Position numbers and translations under genes: made by a program. The notes beneath the pieces are model-generated. The model was given only the letters and a program-made list of their open reading frames with translations. It was not told where the DNA came from and did no database searches. Below, piece after piece: positions 40,010-50,115 of a DNA stretch of 64,000 bases. Source of the stretch: a virus; IMG/VR virus record IMGVR_UViG_3300033149_001989, positions 32,001 through 96,000 of that record; one strand, written 5' to 3'. How positions within the stretch are numbered: the stretch's first letter is position 1; every line of letters starts with the position of its first letter.

Positions 40010-40894
40010 ATGGCTTGCTTAACAGTAACTAAGTATATCGAACTGAGAAAATATCTGAGGGCTTTTAGAAAGCGGCACATTGGGTTGCTTATTGTGGTGT
40101 CTAGGGCTGGTCTAGGTAAAACTTCTTTAGTGGAAGAGGAATTAGAAGTGGAAGCACCATTGATACTCAATTCTCATATTACCCCGTTAGCCTTTTACAA
40201 GATGCTGGCTGAAAAAGTAAAAGAGGAAAAAGATTGTTTTGTTGTTATTGACGAAGCAGAAATAATGTTTAGCAATCCAAAATTAAAGACTATGCTAAAA
40301 TTGTTATGCGATACTAGAAAAGAAAAAATTGTGCAATATAGTTCCACTACACCATTACTTAGGGGTTTACCTAAAGAAATTCATACCGAAGCCAAAGTGA
40401 TAATGCTAATAAATACGCTTGAACCGAAAGATGAGCATATAAAGGCTATTATGTCTAGAGGACATCTAATATCCTTCGAACCTCCTGATATGGAAATATT
40501 TAACTACTTGGATAATTCTTTATGGGTTGAGGACAAAGAAGTTATCAAGTTTATAAAAGGTTATGCAAACTTGTCTAAATCTATGTCTCTTAGAACATAT
40601 GTTAAGGCAGTGGAAAGCAAAATGTCTAATCTTGATTGGCAAGCCATTGTATTAAATGATATGGAATTAGATAATAGATTGCTTGTTGTTCAAAGAATAC
40701 TACAAGATAAAAGTATTAGAAAAGAGGCAAAGCGGATTGAACAGTGGCGCACCCTGACTGGTGACAGTCAAGCACAATACTATCGTTATAGAAAAATGTA
40801 TCTCACTAAAGTCCTTGGAAAGAAATTGGATGATGAAATTGACAAAGAATTTATCAATTTATCACCAAATACAAACAATGCACAACCTCAGTAG
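40010..40894 (+). CDS. P-loop (AAA-like) ATPase
   Basis: SRAGLGKT, VVIDEAE, AIMSRG. Confidence 0.7.
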   Translation: MACLTVTKYIELRKYLRAFRKRHIGLLIVVSRAGLGKTSLVEEELEVEAPLILNSHITPLAFYKMLAEKVKEEKDCFVVIDEAEIMFSNPKLKTMLKLLCDTRKEKIVQYSSTTPLLRGLPKEIHTEAKVIMLINTLEPKDEHIKAIMSRGHLISFEPPDMEIFNYLDNSLWVEDKEVIKFIKGYANLSKSMSLRTYVKAVESKMSNLDWQAIVLNDMELDNRLLVVQRILQDKSIRKEAKRIEQWRTLTGDSQAQYYRYRKMYLTKVLGKKLDDEIDKEFINLSPNTNNAQPQ

Positions 40895-41367
40895 TGAACT
40901 TTACATTATGTCAAGCGGGTCGTGAACTTTGTTATATTTTATAATTTCTGTCATAATTGTTGTAATTGCATCGTTTATCATTACGTTACTTGGGAAAAAT
41001 CCTTACTCTAATCAAGTTAAATTGAAGAAAAATCGTCGAAAAAGTAAATCTCATGGCTTTAGTGATGGTGTGGGATGGAGATAATTGTTATTGCATTTAT
41101 TGTCGCCCTAGTAATTGTTTTCTGTTGTAAAAGATGACTGGAAAGAAGTTGGCTGGCAGGGAGATTATTCCCAATGATAAGCAAAAATAAGAAGGTAATA
41201 ACAGTGAGAAAATTCACCAAAGAAACAAAGAACCTAAAGGAAAGGCATTGAAACTGGTAACTCTTTATATAAGAAGGTTATCCAGTAAAAGCGGAACTAA
41301 TTGTAGACGACTTTCTCGACCTTATAGAGGAGGATATGCTCAAGGCTGGCTTTAGGAGTGTGGAGCT

Positions 41368-41562
41368 ATGAAAAGGTATGAATATGCAGAGCAGGAAGGA
41401 CATCATATCAAAGAAGATAATAGATTAACAGAAGTTGTATATGTCGAGTGTGAAGGTTGTGGGATAACTTCCAATGACCTTACTGGTTGGGGGTGTCTTT
41501 ATGATGATAGGGATGATGTGTGGTATTATCTTTGTCCTTCGTGTCAAGAGGTGGAGTTATGA
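41368..41562 (+). CDS. Small Zn-finger protein
   Basis: CEGC...GW...CPSC; diverged second copy near 51347. Confidence 0.55.
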   Translation: MKRYEYAEQEGHHIKEDNRLTEVVYVECEGCGITSNDLTGWGCLYDDRDDVWYYLCPSCQEVEL

Positions 41563-42055
41563 TAACGGTATTATGCCCAATATGTAACGGTGATGGGGAA
41601 GTAGAAAAGCGACAAGGTTCATCAGTAACCACAAAGATTAAATGTGTGAAGTGTGACGGGAAAGGATACATAGAGGCAAAAGAGGAATTTGTATTTTACC
41701 AGCCTTCTATTTCCCAACTCAAACATATGTTTGAGTAATGTCTTAACTCTAGGCTTATGGTAAGGATAGAAACGAGCTACCACTTACGGGTTGCCCAAAG
41801 GCAGCCACTATGGTACTTATTGTCAGGTCTGAAGCTAAAGGAGGTTAGAATGAACCAAGATGAACTAATTAAGTACAAGCTGACGGATAACCAATTGAAA
41901 CAAAATTTGGGATGACACCGAAAGCTATGACAGTATGGATGATTGGCGGAAAAAGGTTCGTAGAAATATAGCCGAAGACCAACTTCGCAAAGTAATTATT
42001 TCTGTTATCCGACAAGAAATTGCCGATGAGTTGAAATGTAAAAAGGAGGTAAAAA

Positions 42056-42547
42056 ATGAAAACCTATAGAGCCTTATGTATTCTTATCTATACGTCCATT
42101 GGTTTCCTCTTAGGTTGGTGTCTATGCCCTCAGTTCATAGAACCTGAAGTTGTGCCTGTAGGTTACTATACAGTAGTCCTAGTTGACCGCCCAGTACCTG
42201 AGCCTTACGCCGTACCAGTTGAGAGGGTAATAGTCAAAACCGAATATGTTAGAATACCTCAGCCATTGCGCAACTTTGAGACTGTAAACGAGTTAAAGGA
42301 TTTCCTCTCAAGAACCAACGTTGACGAAACCACGATTATAATGAATGACCCGAAGGAGAAAGCGGACTGCGATGACTATGCTCTACTTCTTATTAAGTAT
42401 GCCCATAGGGAAGGGTATGCTTTACATTTTCAGATAGACAAAATAGGGCACCGAGGACACGCCCTTTGCTGTGCTCTGATTGGGAATGAGGTATACTTCA
42501 TCGAGCCTTCTACTGATGAATATTGGAAAGTAGCAAACATAGATTAA
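42056..42547 (+). CDS. Membrane-anchored protein with papain/transglutaminase-like motif
   Basis: N-terminal TM; DCDDYA...GHALC...YFIEP. Confidence 0.55.
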   Translation: MKTYRALCILIYTSIGFLLGWCLCPQFIEPEVVPVGYYTVVLVDRPVPEPYAVPVERVIVKTEYVRIPQPLRNFETVNELKDFLSRTNVDETTIIMNDPKEKADCDDYALLLIKYAHREGYALHFQIDKIGHRGHALCCALIGNEVYFIEPSTDEYWKVANID

Positions 42548-42987
42548 CCTTAATAAAAATGGCCATGGACGAAAAAGAATTGAACCAGAAAATAAAAGAC
42601 GGGAGGTGTATTTGTGATGCTTGTGCCAGACGGTTTATCTGTTGGACACAAAAAAGAGCGTTCAGTGAACCAGCTTATCAATCTTTATATGAGGTTCATA
42701 TCCAAGAGGGTAAAAGTCATGAAGAGGCTATTGCTCAGGTAAGAAGTTTTGTTGAACATGAATGTTCTACTGCAATACAAATAGCCGAAAGAGGCAAAAG
42801 AGCAGAAGTGAAGGATTGTTGGGTTAAAGAACGGAAATTGCATCCCTCATATTCGAAGCAAGATAGGTGGGTATATGATAAATTATCATCGGTTAGAGAC
42901 TCAACGAGGTCGGTTGATGAGTTTAAAAAAGAAATAACAGATTTAAAAAAGAAAATGCGGAAAGCGTTTTATGGAAAAGATGCCTAG
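42523..42987 (+). CDS. Protein carrying CxxCxxRFxC[ST] module
   Basis: CICDACARRFICWT. Confidence 0.7.
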   Translation: MESSKHRLTLIKMAMDEKELNQKIKDGRCICDACARRFICWTQKRAFSEPAYQSLYEVHIQEGKSHEEAIAQVRSFVEHECSTAIQIAERGKRAEVKDCWVKERKLHPSYSKQDRWVYDKLSSVRDSTRSVDEFKKEITDLKKKMRKAFYGKDA

Positions 42988-44476
42988 AGCAAACTGTGAT
43001 GTTTGCACACTAAAGGATTCAGTATTTGTTCCATCCGAGATTAATGACTCAGGGGTTTTAATTTTGGTAGAGGCACCAGGATACCACGAGTCTAAAGAAG
43101 GTAAGCCGTTAGTGGGGGTTGCTGGTCACGACTTGGAAAGTATTATTAAAGAGTTGGGTTATGAAAGAAAAGATGCTAGTTATATCAATGCAGTGACTTG
43201 TTTAACAAATCCTAGAGTAAGCATTTATACTTCTAAAGGATGGGTTATATGGAAAAGGTTGAAAGTTGGGGATTTGGTTCTTACTCATACTGGCAAGTTT
43301 AAACGAATTATCTCTAAGATTGAATTTTCGGCTAAAAAAGAAATATTTAAAGTAAAAACAAAGGCTGGTAATGTTTGGGTATCTAGTGACCATAGATTTA
43401 ATACGAAAGATGGGTGGAAATTTGTATCTAAACTAAAGATTGGTGACAAAATTCAAGTTTTTGGCGAAAAGTGTCCTGTCTGCGATAAAATCTTCTATTC
43501 AAGAAATAAATTTTGTTCACCTAATTGTGAAAAAATAGATAGAAGTAAACGAATGGCGGAACGTAATAAATTAGGGTTATCACTTGAAACGAGAGAAAAA
43601 ATACGGAAATCTATGCTTACTCAGTATCAATCTGGATTAAGAAATCCACAAGAGATTACTAAACGTGCCCACGAAGTATATAAACAAGGATGTACTGGTT
43701 TAGGTGAAAATGAACTAAAAGGTTTATTATCTTTGTGGAATTATAATTTTATCCACCACGCAGAAGTTGATAAATGGCAAGTTGACTTTTTGTTAAATAA
43801 CAAAATTATTGTAGAAATATGGACTGGTGGGTTAAGCGAGTGGCAAGAAATAGAAAGCAAAAGAAAATATTTAGAACCTTTGGGGTATACAGTATTAGAT
43901 TATCATTTTTCTCTTGTATATAGGTATCCTGACTTAATACGTTACGAATTAGACAATATAAATAAAAATCATAATAAGGAATTTAGCTTTGATTTTGTTT
44001 CTATTGATAGTATTAAGAAAGGGAGTGGTGTATTTAGACGTAAGTTTTATTCATTAGAAGTGGAAGATGACGAATCTTTTGTGGCTAGAAATATTGTTCA
44101 CCATAATTGTCGCCCGACTAAGCAGAGGGATGGGAAAACATATAACCGCACCCCTACCAATAAGGAAATCGAGTGGTGTAACGAAAGGATGATTGCTGAA
44201 ATTGAAAAGTTACATTCACAAATAATTGTTTGTATGGGTAAGATACCTTATGTTGCGTTGACTGGTAACAAAGATGCAGTTATGCGTAATATTGTTGGTT
44301 CAACCTTTGAATGGCGGGGCAAGTTTGATGTAATTGTTACCTATCATCCAGCGGCGATAACCCACTCAGGTGGTAGTGGAACAGAACGTGGAAGAATGAT
44401 AAGAAATGAAATAAAGAATACCCTCCGCAAGGCTTTTGGAACAAAACCAAAGCCAAAGCAGTTAAAATTGTTATGA
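42971..44476 (+). CDS. Family 4 uracil-DNA glycosylase interrupted by an intein
   Basis: CDVC, EAPGYHE..EGKPLVGVAG, YINAVT|...|CRP...NRTPT..EIEWC, IVCMG, TYHPAA. Confidence 0.85.
   Translation: MEKMPRANCDVCTLKDSVFVPSEINDSGVLILVEAPGYHESKEGKPLVGVAGHDLESIIKELGYERKDASYINAVTCLTNPRVSIYTSKGWVIWKRLKVGDLVLTHTGKFKRIISKIEFSAKKEIFKVKTKAGNVWVSSDHRFNTKDGWKFVSKLKIGDKIQVFGEKCPVCDKIFYSRNKFCSPNCEKIDRSKRMAERNKLGLSLETREKIRKSMLTQYQSGLRNPQEITKRAHEVYKQGCTGLGENELKGLLSLWNYNFIHHAEVDKWQVDFLLNNKIIVEIWTGGLSEWQEIESKRKYLEPLGYTVLDYHFSLVYRYPDLIRYELDNINKNHNKEFSFDFVSIDSIKKGSGVFRRKFYSLEVEDDESFVARNIVHHNCRPTKQRDGKTYNRTPTNKEIEWCNERMIAEIEKLHSQIIVCMGKIPYVALTGNKDAVMRNIVGSTFEWRGKFDVIVTYHPAAITHSGGSGTERGRMIRNEIKNTLRKAFGTKPKPKQLKLL
43199..44107 (+). 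mobile_element. Intein (303 aa) with Zn-finger/NUMOD and Vsr/DUF559-like endonuclease region
   Basis: CLTNPRVSIYTSKG...VGDLVLTHTG...SSDHRF...FYSLEVEDDESFVARNIVHHN|C; internal CPVC..FCSPNC and VDFL..IIVEI. Confidence 0.85.
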
Positions 44477-44868
44477 AATCTTTATCTAAAGGAATCGTAA
44501 AAAAAGTTAAACCTATTGGGAAAGTTAATCGAAACATTGTAAGACCGATGGACGGAGAACGCATTGTCTTTCGGGTAATAAGTAGACACCCAAAATTCTA
44601 CTATGACCAAGACTATGGGTGCAAACCAGAAAAGGTAGAAGATTGCGATACTTGTCCCTATAAATTCGAATGTTTTACCATAGGAAGGCATACCAATTGG
44701 GATGGTAGTGACCTTATTCAAATAGAATTTAAGGGTAAGACACTTGGTATTTTCCCAAGATACTGGAAGACACCAGAACCAACAACAAACGAACTTGAGG
44801 CATATCTTTGGGGGGAGTCTAATGGTAGGCTTCAAATGAGGACTTCTAGGGGTAGTAGTTGGAGATAA
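44473..44868 (+). CDS. Protein carrying CxxCxx[RK]FxC[ST] module
   Basis: CDTCPYKFECFT. Confidence 0.7.
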   Translation: MKSLSKGIVKKVKPIGKVNRNIVRPMDGERIVFRVISRHPKFYYDQDYGCKPEKVEDCDTCPYKFECFTIGRHTNWDGSDLIQIEFKGKTLGIFPRYWKTPEPTTNELEAYLWGESNGRLQMRTSRGSSWR

Positions 44869-44892
44869 AAATAGATGTGTCGCAAAAAGGAC

Positions 44893-44921
44893 TTGACATT
44901 TAGCGTGGCATATGGTAGGAT
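44893..44921 (+). promoter_or_regulatory. sigma70-type promoter
   Basis: TTGACA-17nt-TAGGAT, TG extension. Confidence 0.65.
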
Positions 44922-44961
44922 AATAATATGACAGTAAAAGTATTTATTGTAGCGAAAGAGG

Positions 44962-45162
44962 TTGGGGACAACGAATCCAAACTTTGAAAGATTCAAAATA
45001 ATGTCAGAACCTTGTGAAAGTACACTTTTTTCGGGGTACATATCGGTAGATGCCATGTTTTATCCCTGTTCATTTGCCGAAGGTGTGGGTGAGTGGTGTG
45101 AGGGAATAGATGTTATAAATAGTAATGATTTTGTTAAAGATGTATGGTGGTGGGGTAGTTGA
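44962..45162 (+). pseudogene. C-terminal (SPASM-like) remnant of a radical SAM protein
   Basis: EPCESTLFSGYISVDAMFYPCSF; no CxxxCxxC core upstream. Confidence 0.5.
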
Positions 45163-45450
45163 AGACCTTGCTAAGTTAATCGCAACAAATGGTTGGGCTG
45201 AGGATTTTGGCCTAGAAGAGATTGACGATTATGATATAGAACGGGCAAAAATTTCATTAAAGAGAATGAAGGTAGAGTAGCTTATATATTTAGAATATCA
45301 GATTTCGGAGAGGAAACTGAATCCAGTATGAGAAGTGGTGATGTTTTTGATGGTGTGATTCCATACGATGCGTGGCTATGATGTCTATAGATAGAAAAGA
45401 ACGCCGTAAAAAAGTAAGGAAAGCAGAAATCTTTTGTATGAGGTGAATCA

Positions 45451-45669
45451 ATGAAGGAATTATTGAAGCAGTATGTCAATAAACAGGTGTCCATTATGGT
45501 AAAGGATAGTAACAAAGCCAAAGGTGGAATACTAGAGGTTGTGGGTGAAGATTGTATAGTGCTTAACCCAAGAACCAACCACGTAGACAGAATTATTATC
45601 GCAATCAGTGAGATAACAAGTATTTTAGTCAGTAAATCAGTAGGTGAAGACAATGGAAATGGAAGGTAA
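45451..45669 (+). CDS. Small Sm/LSm-like protein
   Basis: LLKQYVNKQVSI...GILEVVGEDCIVL...IIAISEITSI. Confidence 0.55.
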   Translation: MKELLKQYVNKQVSIMVKDSNKAKGGILEVVGEDCIVLNPRTNHVDRIIIAISEITSILVSKSVGEDNGNGR

Positions 45670-45716
45670 GAATAATCACTGGACAACGGTGCCAGATAGC
45701 ATATTTAGGAAAATCG

Positions 45717-46103
45717 GTGTCCAGTTTACAATTTGGAGGTATAATGAAGATTGAATATAAGACCATCGTTCACGGTATGGTTAAGGAGTTAAAGTGGCAA
45801 GATAGCAGAGAAGTTGTGCAGTGGGTTGCTTGTTGTGATAAAATGAGGTCTGCCATAGAGCGTAGAATCATTGAACCTTCTGGTGATGGTTTCTTGCTAA
45901 TGAATGTGGAAAATGAATATGAATGTGGTTACTACCCATCAAGAGACCACCTTTGCCCTGGCAAGTTCTGTCCTTATTGTGGCACCGAGGTTGAATTAAT
46001 TGAAGTAAAGAAAGTTAGACGAGAAACTAGAACCAGAAGGGTTAGAGCAAAAACAACACCTGCACACGCAGAAACATACACCGTCGAGGTGGGAGTAAAA
46101 TGA
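45717..46103 (+). CDS. Hypothetical protein
   Basis: CCDKM...FCPYCG. Confidence 0.55.
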   Translation: MSSLQFGGIMKIEYKTIVHGMVKELKWQDSREVVQWVACCDKMRSAIERRIIEPSGDGFLLMNVENEYECGYYPSRDHLCPGKFCPYCGTEVELIEVKKVRRETRTRRVRAKTTPAHAETYTVEVGVK

Positions 46104-46266
46104 AAACAGCAGAAGAACATCCAACATATCTCAAATGCCCCAAATGTGATGAAAAATTTGAGGAAGACGAAGTACTTGCAATAACTACTTATAAAGGTGT
46201 CTGGGAAGAAGAACTTGTTTTCTTTATTCCAGCTTGCGGAATTGTAAAATCTAGGAGATATATTTA

Positions 46267-46707
46267 GTGGGAGTTGGTAATAGGCAAAGATATAATGTGG
46301 TTTGTAGTGTTAGCATTTATAAGTCAAGAAGTGAGGAAATTGTTGCAACAAAAGAGGAGGCTGAGCGGCTTTTGGAGTCCCTACAGGATGAGGTTCGGGC
46401 AATGGTTGATATTGAGAAGGAATTGCGGGTACATGTTACCAAGAACAATTACTTGAAAGCAGGAGATTTTGTAAGAGTAAACCATAATGGGAAACCCTGT
46501 ATAGCACGTATAATACGGCTACGAGAATACACTTACAGAGGTACAAAATATAACCTAACACTTGATGCTGCTGGAACTATATTGAAAGTTAAATGCGGAC
46601 TTCGTATTCCAAATAATATTGTTCTGGAATGGTTGTGCGATGGTAAATTATCAAATTACTGTAATGAGTGCGAAAACAGATTTTATTGTATGACGAGTAA
46701 AAGATGA
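46267..46707 (+). CDS. Protein carrying CxxCxxRFxC[ST] module (C-terminal)
   Basis: CNECENRFYCMTSKR*. Confidence 0.7.
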   Translation: MGVGNRQRYNVVCSVSIYKSRSEEIVATKEEAERLLESLQDEVRAMVDIEKELRVHVTKNNYLKAGDFVRVNHNGKPCIARIIRLREYTYRGTKYNLTLDAAGTILKVKCGLRIPNNIVLEWLCDGKLSNYCNECENRFYCMTSKR

Positions 46708-47084
46708 AAATAAGAAATGGATTTGTAAGTAATAGTAGTAGTTCATCTTTTGTGGTGGCGTTACATGACCTATCACTTAAACAAGTAGGCATGATACTTA
46801 ATCATCTTGAATGGGGTAAGAAGCTTGGTATAGAAGGTATAGAATACTGTAAGAGTGGTGATACTTGGGACATAGAAGTTAAAAACGGTATTCTTGCAGG
46901 TGTAACCAGTATGGATAATTTTGATATGCAGAATTTTTTAGATAAGATTGGTGTCTCTACCGCCAAGTTTGGTCACAGTAATGGTACGTGGCTTCTTAAA
47001 GAAGATTATCCTAATGAGTGTAATCAAGATTGTGAAAATTACCATATGAGGTTCATTTGCTTAACAAATGATTGGATAAGATAA
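46704..47084 (+). CDS. MKIRxGFVSNSSSSSF-type phage protein with degenerate module
   Basis: MKIRNGFVSNSSSSSF; CNQDCENYHMRFICLT. Confidence 0.7.
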   Translation: MKIRNGFVSNSSSSSFVVALHDLSLKQVGMILNHLEWGKKLGIEGIEYCKSGDTWDIEVKNGILAGVTSMDNFDMQNFLDKIGVSTAKFGHSNGTWLLKEDYPNECNQDCENYHMRFICLTNDWIR

Positions 47085-47364
47085 GAAATTGTAAGTTACC
47101 GCACACGAAAGGATTATCAGTGGAAACGACAGAATGCGATAAAATGTTAGTAGTTCGAGGGCAGAGCCTAATTTGAGCGAGTTTGTAGATTGGCTTAATA
47201 GAAATGGTTATACTATATGCACCCTTGAGATAACTGACGGTTATCCGCAGTATATACACATCGTGAATCTTATGAGCAGATATTTGCCAAGTATTTTGGT
47301 ATTGACTTAGAAAAAGTAGAACAAGAAAAGCAGGTAATGCTGGCAGAAATTAAGAGGAAAAATA

Positions 47365-47709
47365 GTGAAAGTGAAAGTGGACGAAGTTAAAGTTGTTTTG
47401 GAGTGTGGAGAAATTATTCACACTATGAAATGCGATAGTTGCCCACATAGATTTTTGTGTTGGACACATAAAGGAATAACGTTTTATCCAAATCAAATGG
47501 ATATAACGGATAATCTTAATATGGGTAGAAGAGTTAATATAACAGTAAGTATTAATAGAGCACCCTGCATACCACAATCGAAAATGCTCGGTATACCTAT
47601 GGTAATATATGTTGATAACGTACCTGCGTTTAAGGGAATTGTAACTAGACAATCATATGAGTTTTCTAAAGACGGGCAGGAAATGTCAATTTATGTCAAT
47701 TTGTGGTGA
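47365..47709 (+). CDS. Protein carrying CxxCxxRFxC[ST] module
   Basis: CDSCPHRFLCWT. Confidence 0.7.
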   Translation: MKVKVDEVKVVLECGEIIHTMKCDSCPHRFLCWTHKGITFYPNQMDITDNLNMGRRVNITVSINRAPCIPQSKMLGIPMVIYVDNVPAFKGIVTRQSYEFSKDGQEMSIYVNLW

Positions 47710-47918
47710 ATCAAATATTGGTCTGTGATACTTGTAAGTATAGGTTTCGTTGTTGGACAGTAAATGCAAACTATTGCCCGCTGACAAAATTAGAGAGTTT
47801 TCGGGGTAAATGGTTTAATGAGGTTGTACCTTATTTAAGACAAATGGAATTGGATGAGATAATATTACTAAAAGATATGGGTTTAATAGATATTATTGTG
47901 GATGGTAGAAATGCCTAG
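47703..47918 (+). CDS. Small protein carrying CxxCxxRFxC[ST] module (N-terminal)
   Basis: CDTCKYRFRCWT. Confidence 0.7.
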   Translation: MVNQILVCDTCKYRFRCWTVNANYCPLTKLESFRGKWFNEVVPYLRQMELDEIILLKDMGLIDIIVDGRNA

Positions 47919-48417
47919 AATAAGAGAAGACCTCAAGAAAGAAATTAAGAAAGCGGAGAAGAGGGCACGAAAGGAAGCACTAAAACCAAAAAAGAGAAGG
48001 AGATATTCCACAAGGGTAACAAAACCTCAGCATCCGACTAGTAAATGGGTTGATGATGAGTGGGGGGAACAGGGTTGTATCTTTTTTGATGGTTATTGTC
48101 ATTGGGTAATAGAACTAAGGAATTCTCGTGATTGTCTTCGTGTCGTAAACAGGGGACTAACGGTAGAAGAGTGGAACAATTACACTAAAGGGAACTACAA
48201 AATACGGGAGAACGGTAGTTATGAATTTGGCGGAAAATATTTGGAACGAACAAGAAGTGCTGGACCTGCTAGGGGTGAACAAACGCCAACTGAGCAGACT
48301 TATAAGCAACGAAAACCTACCCGTAATAAGATTGGGAAATGCAAAAGTCTTCCTGGCAGAAAGTCTTCTAAATTGGTTAAAGGAAAAAGAAAAAGCAGGA
48401 AAATAGTAAAAAATTGA
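47896..48417 (+). CDS. Basic hypothetical protein
   Basis: ORF; its 3' part overlaps the HTH gene in another frame. Confidence 0.5.
   Translation: MWMVEMPRIREDLKKEIKKAEKRARKEALKPKKRRRYSTRVTKPQHPTSKWVDDEWGEQGCIFFDGYCHWVIELRNSRDCLRVVNRGLTVEEWNNYTKGNYKIRENGSYEFGGKYLERTRSAGPARGEQTPTEQTYKQRKPTRNKIGKCKSLPGRKSSKLVKGKRKSRKIVKN
48221..48406 (+). CDS. Excisionase/MerR-like HTH protein
   Basis: EQEVLDLLGVNKRQLSRLI...LPVIRLG...F..ESLLNWL. Confidence 0.7.
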   Translation: MNLAENIWNEQEVLDLLGVNKRQLSRLISNENLPVIRLGNAKVFLAESLLNWLKEKEKAGK

Positions 48418-48697
48418 TATAAAATGGTATATTATGTCCTATTTTGTAGCGATTTTGTAGGGTCATTTAATAACTAATACAAAAGTATAGGCATGTCCTT
48501 TTTTTTGAAGTTTGTGGAATGAGAATAGAAAAGCGACAACCTAAAAATGAAGTAAGAATTCATTTAGCCAGTGGTAAAATAGATGAAAAAGATTTCACCT
48601 TCTCACTACTTGGTGACGGTTCGGGTATACTTGTTGAGTTTACCGATGTATGTTACTTTGTATCTACAGAAGAATTAATTAAGGAAATATTGGTGGA

Positions 48698-48928
48698 ATG
48701 TGGCAAGATATAGCAATAGCAGTCGGGCAATTTGTGCTTGGGACAGCGTTAATACCAAGTGTTGTTAGTTCATTTAAACCGAATAAGAAAACGTGCTTAA
48801 TTAGTTTAGTTGTAGTAATTGTGTTTGCTTTCACTTTTGCTAGTTTGGGGATGCCACTATCAGTTGCTAGTTCTATAATGAACGTTGTATTGTGGGGTAT
48901 ATTATTAAAACAAGTAAATGCACAATAA
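48698..48928 (+). CDS. Small membrane protein
   Basis: Three hydrophobic segments. Confidence 0.55.
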   Translation: MWQDIAIAVGQFVLGTALIPSVVSSFKPNKKTCLISLVVVIVFAFTFASLGMPLSVASSIMNVVLWGILLKQVNAQ

Positions 48929-49012
48929 ACAAACAAGTTTGGTATAACTGTAAACAAGAGCAAAGGAAGACGAAATATATAAAAAATATTCTACCTGCCC
49001 AAATAGATTTGA

Positions 49013-49510
49013 ATGTTGGACAAATTGATGGAAAAAAGAAAATTAGTAACGATACCAGATACGAGATTAAGGGAAACAGCATCGCCTGTCACAAACCAAG
49101 ATATTAGTGAATTGGTTGAAGAAATGTCCCGAATAAGACAGGAAAATGGTGGTATAGGTATTGCTGCACCGCAAGTGGGGGAGCTACTTAGAGTAATAAA
49201 CGTTTTATTTCGTGGGCGTGAAGTTACTATTGTTAATCCTGTAATTTTGCACAAAAAGGGAAAACAAGTAATATACGAAGGATGCCTGAGTCTACCAGGA
49301 AAACTATACCGCACGACGAAATCGCAGAAATTAACAGTAATTGGGGCAGATATTTACGGTAAGCAAATCAAATTAAAATGCCGAGAAGATGAGGCACCCG
49401 TTCTGGAGCACGAAATTGACCACTTAGACGGCATTATGATAGATGAGAAGGGGACGTTGGTTGCCGAATTCAAACCAGTAGTGCAAGATAAATTAGCCTT
49501 CAGCGATTAA
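49013..49510 (+). CDS. def: Peptide deformylase
   Basis: GIGIAAPQVG, EGCLSLPG, HEIDHLDG. Confidence 0.95.
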   Translation: MLDKLMEKRKLVTIPDTRLRETASPVTNQDISELVEEMSRIRQENGGIGIAAPQVGELLRVINVLFRGREVTIVNPVILHKKGKQVIYEGCLSLPGKLYRTTKSQKLTVIGADIYGKQIKLKCREDEAPVLEHEIDHLDGIMIDEKGTLVAEFKPVVQDKLAFSD

Positions 49511-49511
49511 C

Positions 49512-49540
49512 TTGACAAGGGACTTGGCATAGTGTATAAT
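49512..49540 (+). promoter_or_regulatory. sigma70-type promoter
   Basis: TTGACA-17nt-TATAAT. Confidence 0.8.
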
Positions 49541-49617
49541 AAAGGAAGAAAACTACCAGAGCGTTTACGGTTCACCCCATTCTTGAATATTTGCTCAGTA
49601 ATAACTAAGAGGTTGAA

Positions 49618-50115
49618 GTGAGCGCCGCAAAAATTCATAACTACAAGAATTCTGTAGTCGTTGCTAACGTAAAGGAGATGCACGAGGCTGGTAAAGTTGT
49701 GGTTGCAATCTCTGGTTACTTTGACCCACCTACACCAGCACATATAAGATATATGTGGGAGGCAAGACAATTAGGAGACAGGCTTGTTGTTATTCTAAAC
49801 AATGACCACCAGTTATTATTGAAAAGGAAAGGAACGAGACTAGAGGGTAGAGTGAGGTATCCATTTGCAGATAGAATGGAAATCATATCTAATCTAAGAC
49901 CAGTTGACGATGTAGTTGAAAGCGTAGATGATGATGAAACAGTTGCAGAAACTATTAAACTGCTATGTCCTGACGTTTTTGCTAAGGGTGGTGATAGAAC
50001 ACTAGAAACATTACCTAAAGCAGAAGTGGATGCTTGTGAAGTAGTGGGTTGTAAAATTGTATGTAATGTTGGTGGTAAGAAGACACACTCTAGTTCTTGG
50101 TACAATTGGGAATGA
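49618..50115 (+). CDS. Cytidylyltransferase-like nucleotidyltransferase
   Basis: SGYFDP..PAH, ARQLGDRLVVILNND, FAKGGDR, HSSS. Confidence 0.8.
   Translation: MSAAKIHNYKNSVVVANVKEMHEAGKVVVAISGYFDPPTPAHIRYMWEARQLGDRLVVILNNDHQLLLKRKGTRLEGRVRYPFADRMEIISNLRPVDDVVESVDDDETVAETIKLLCPDVFAKGGDRTLETLPKAEVDACEVVGCKIVCNVGGKKTHSSSWYNWE

Noticed and set aside
48221-48510. Prophage att site or integration module next to the excisionase-like HTH gene
   Set aside because: No integrase and no recognisable att core in the window.
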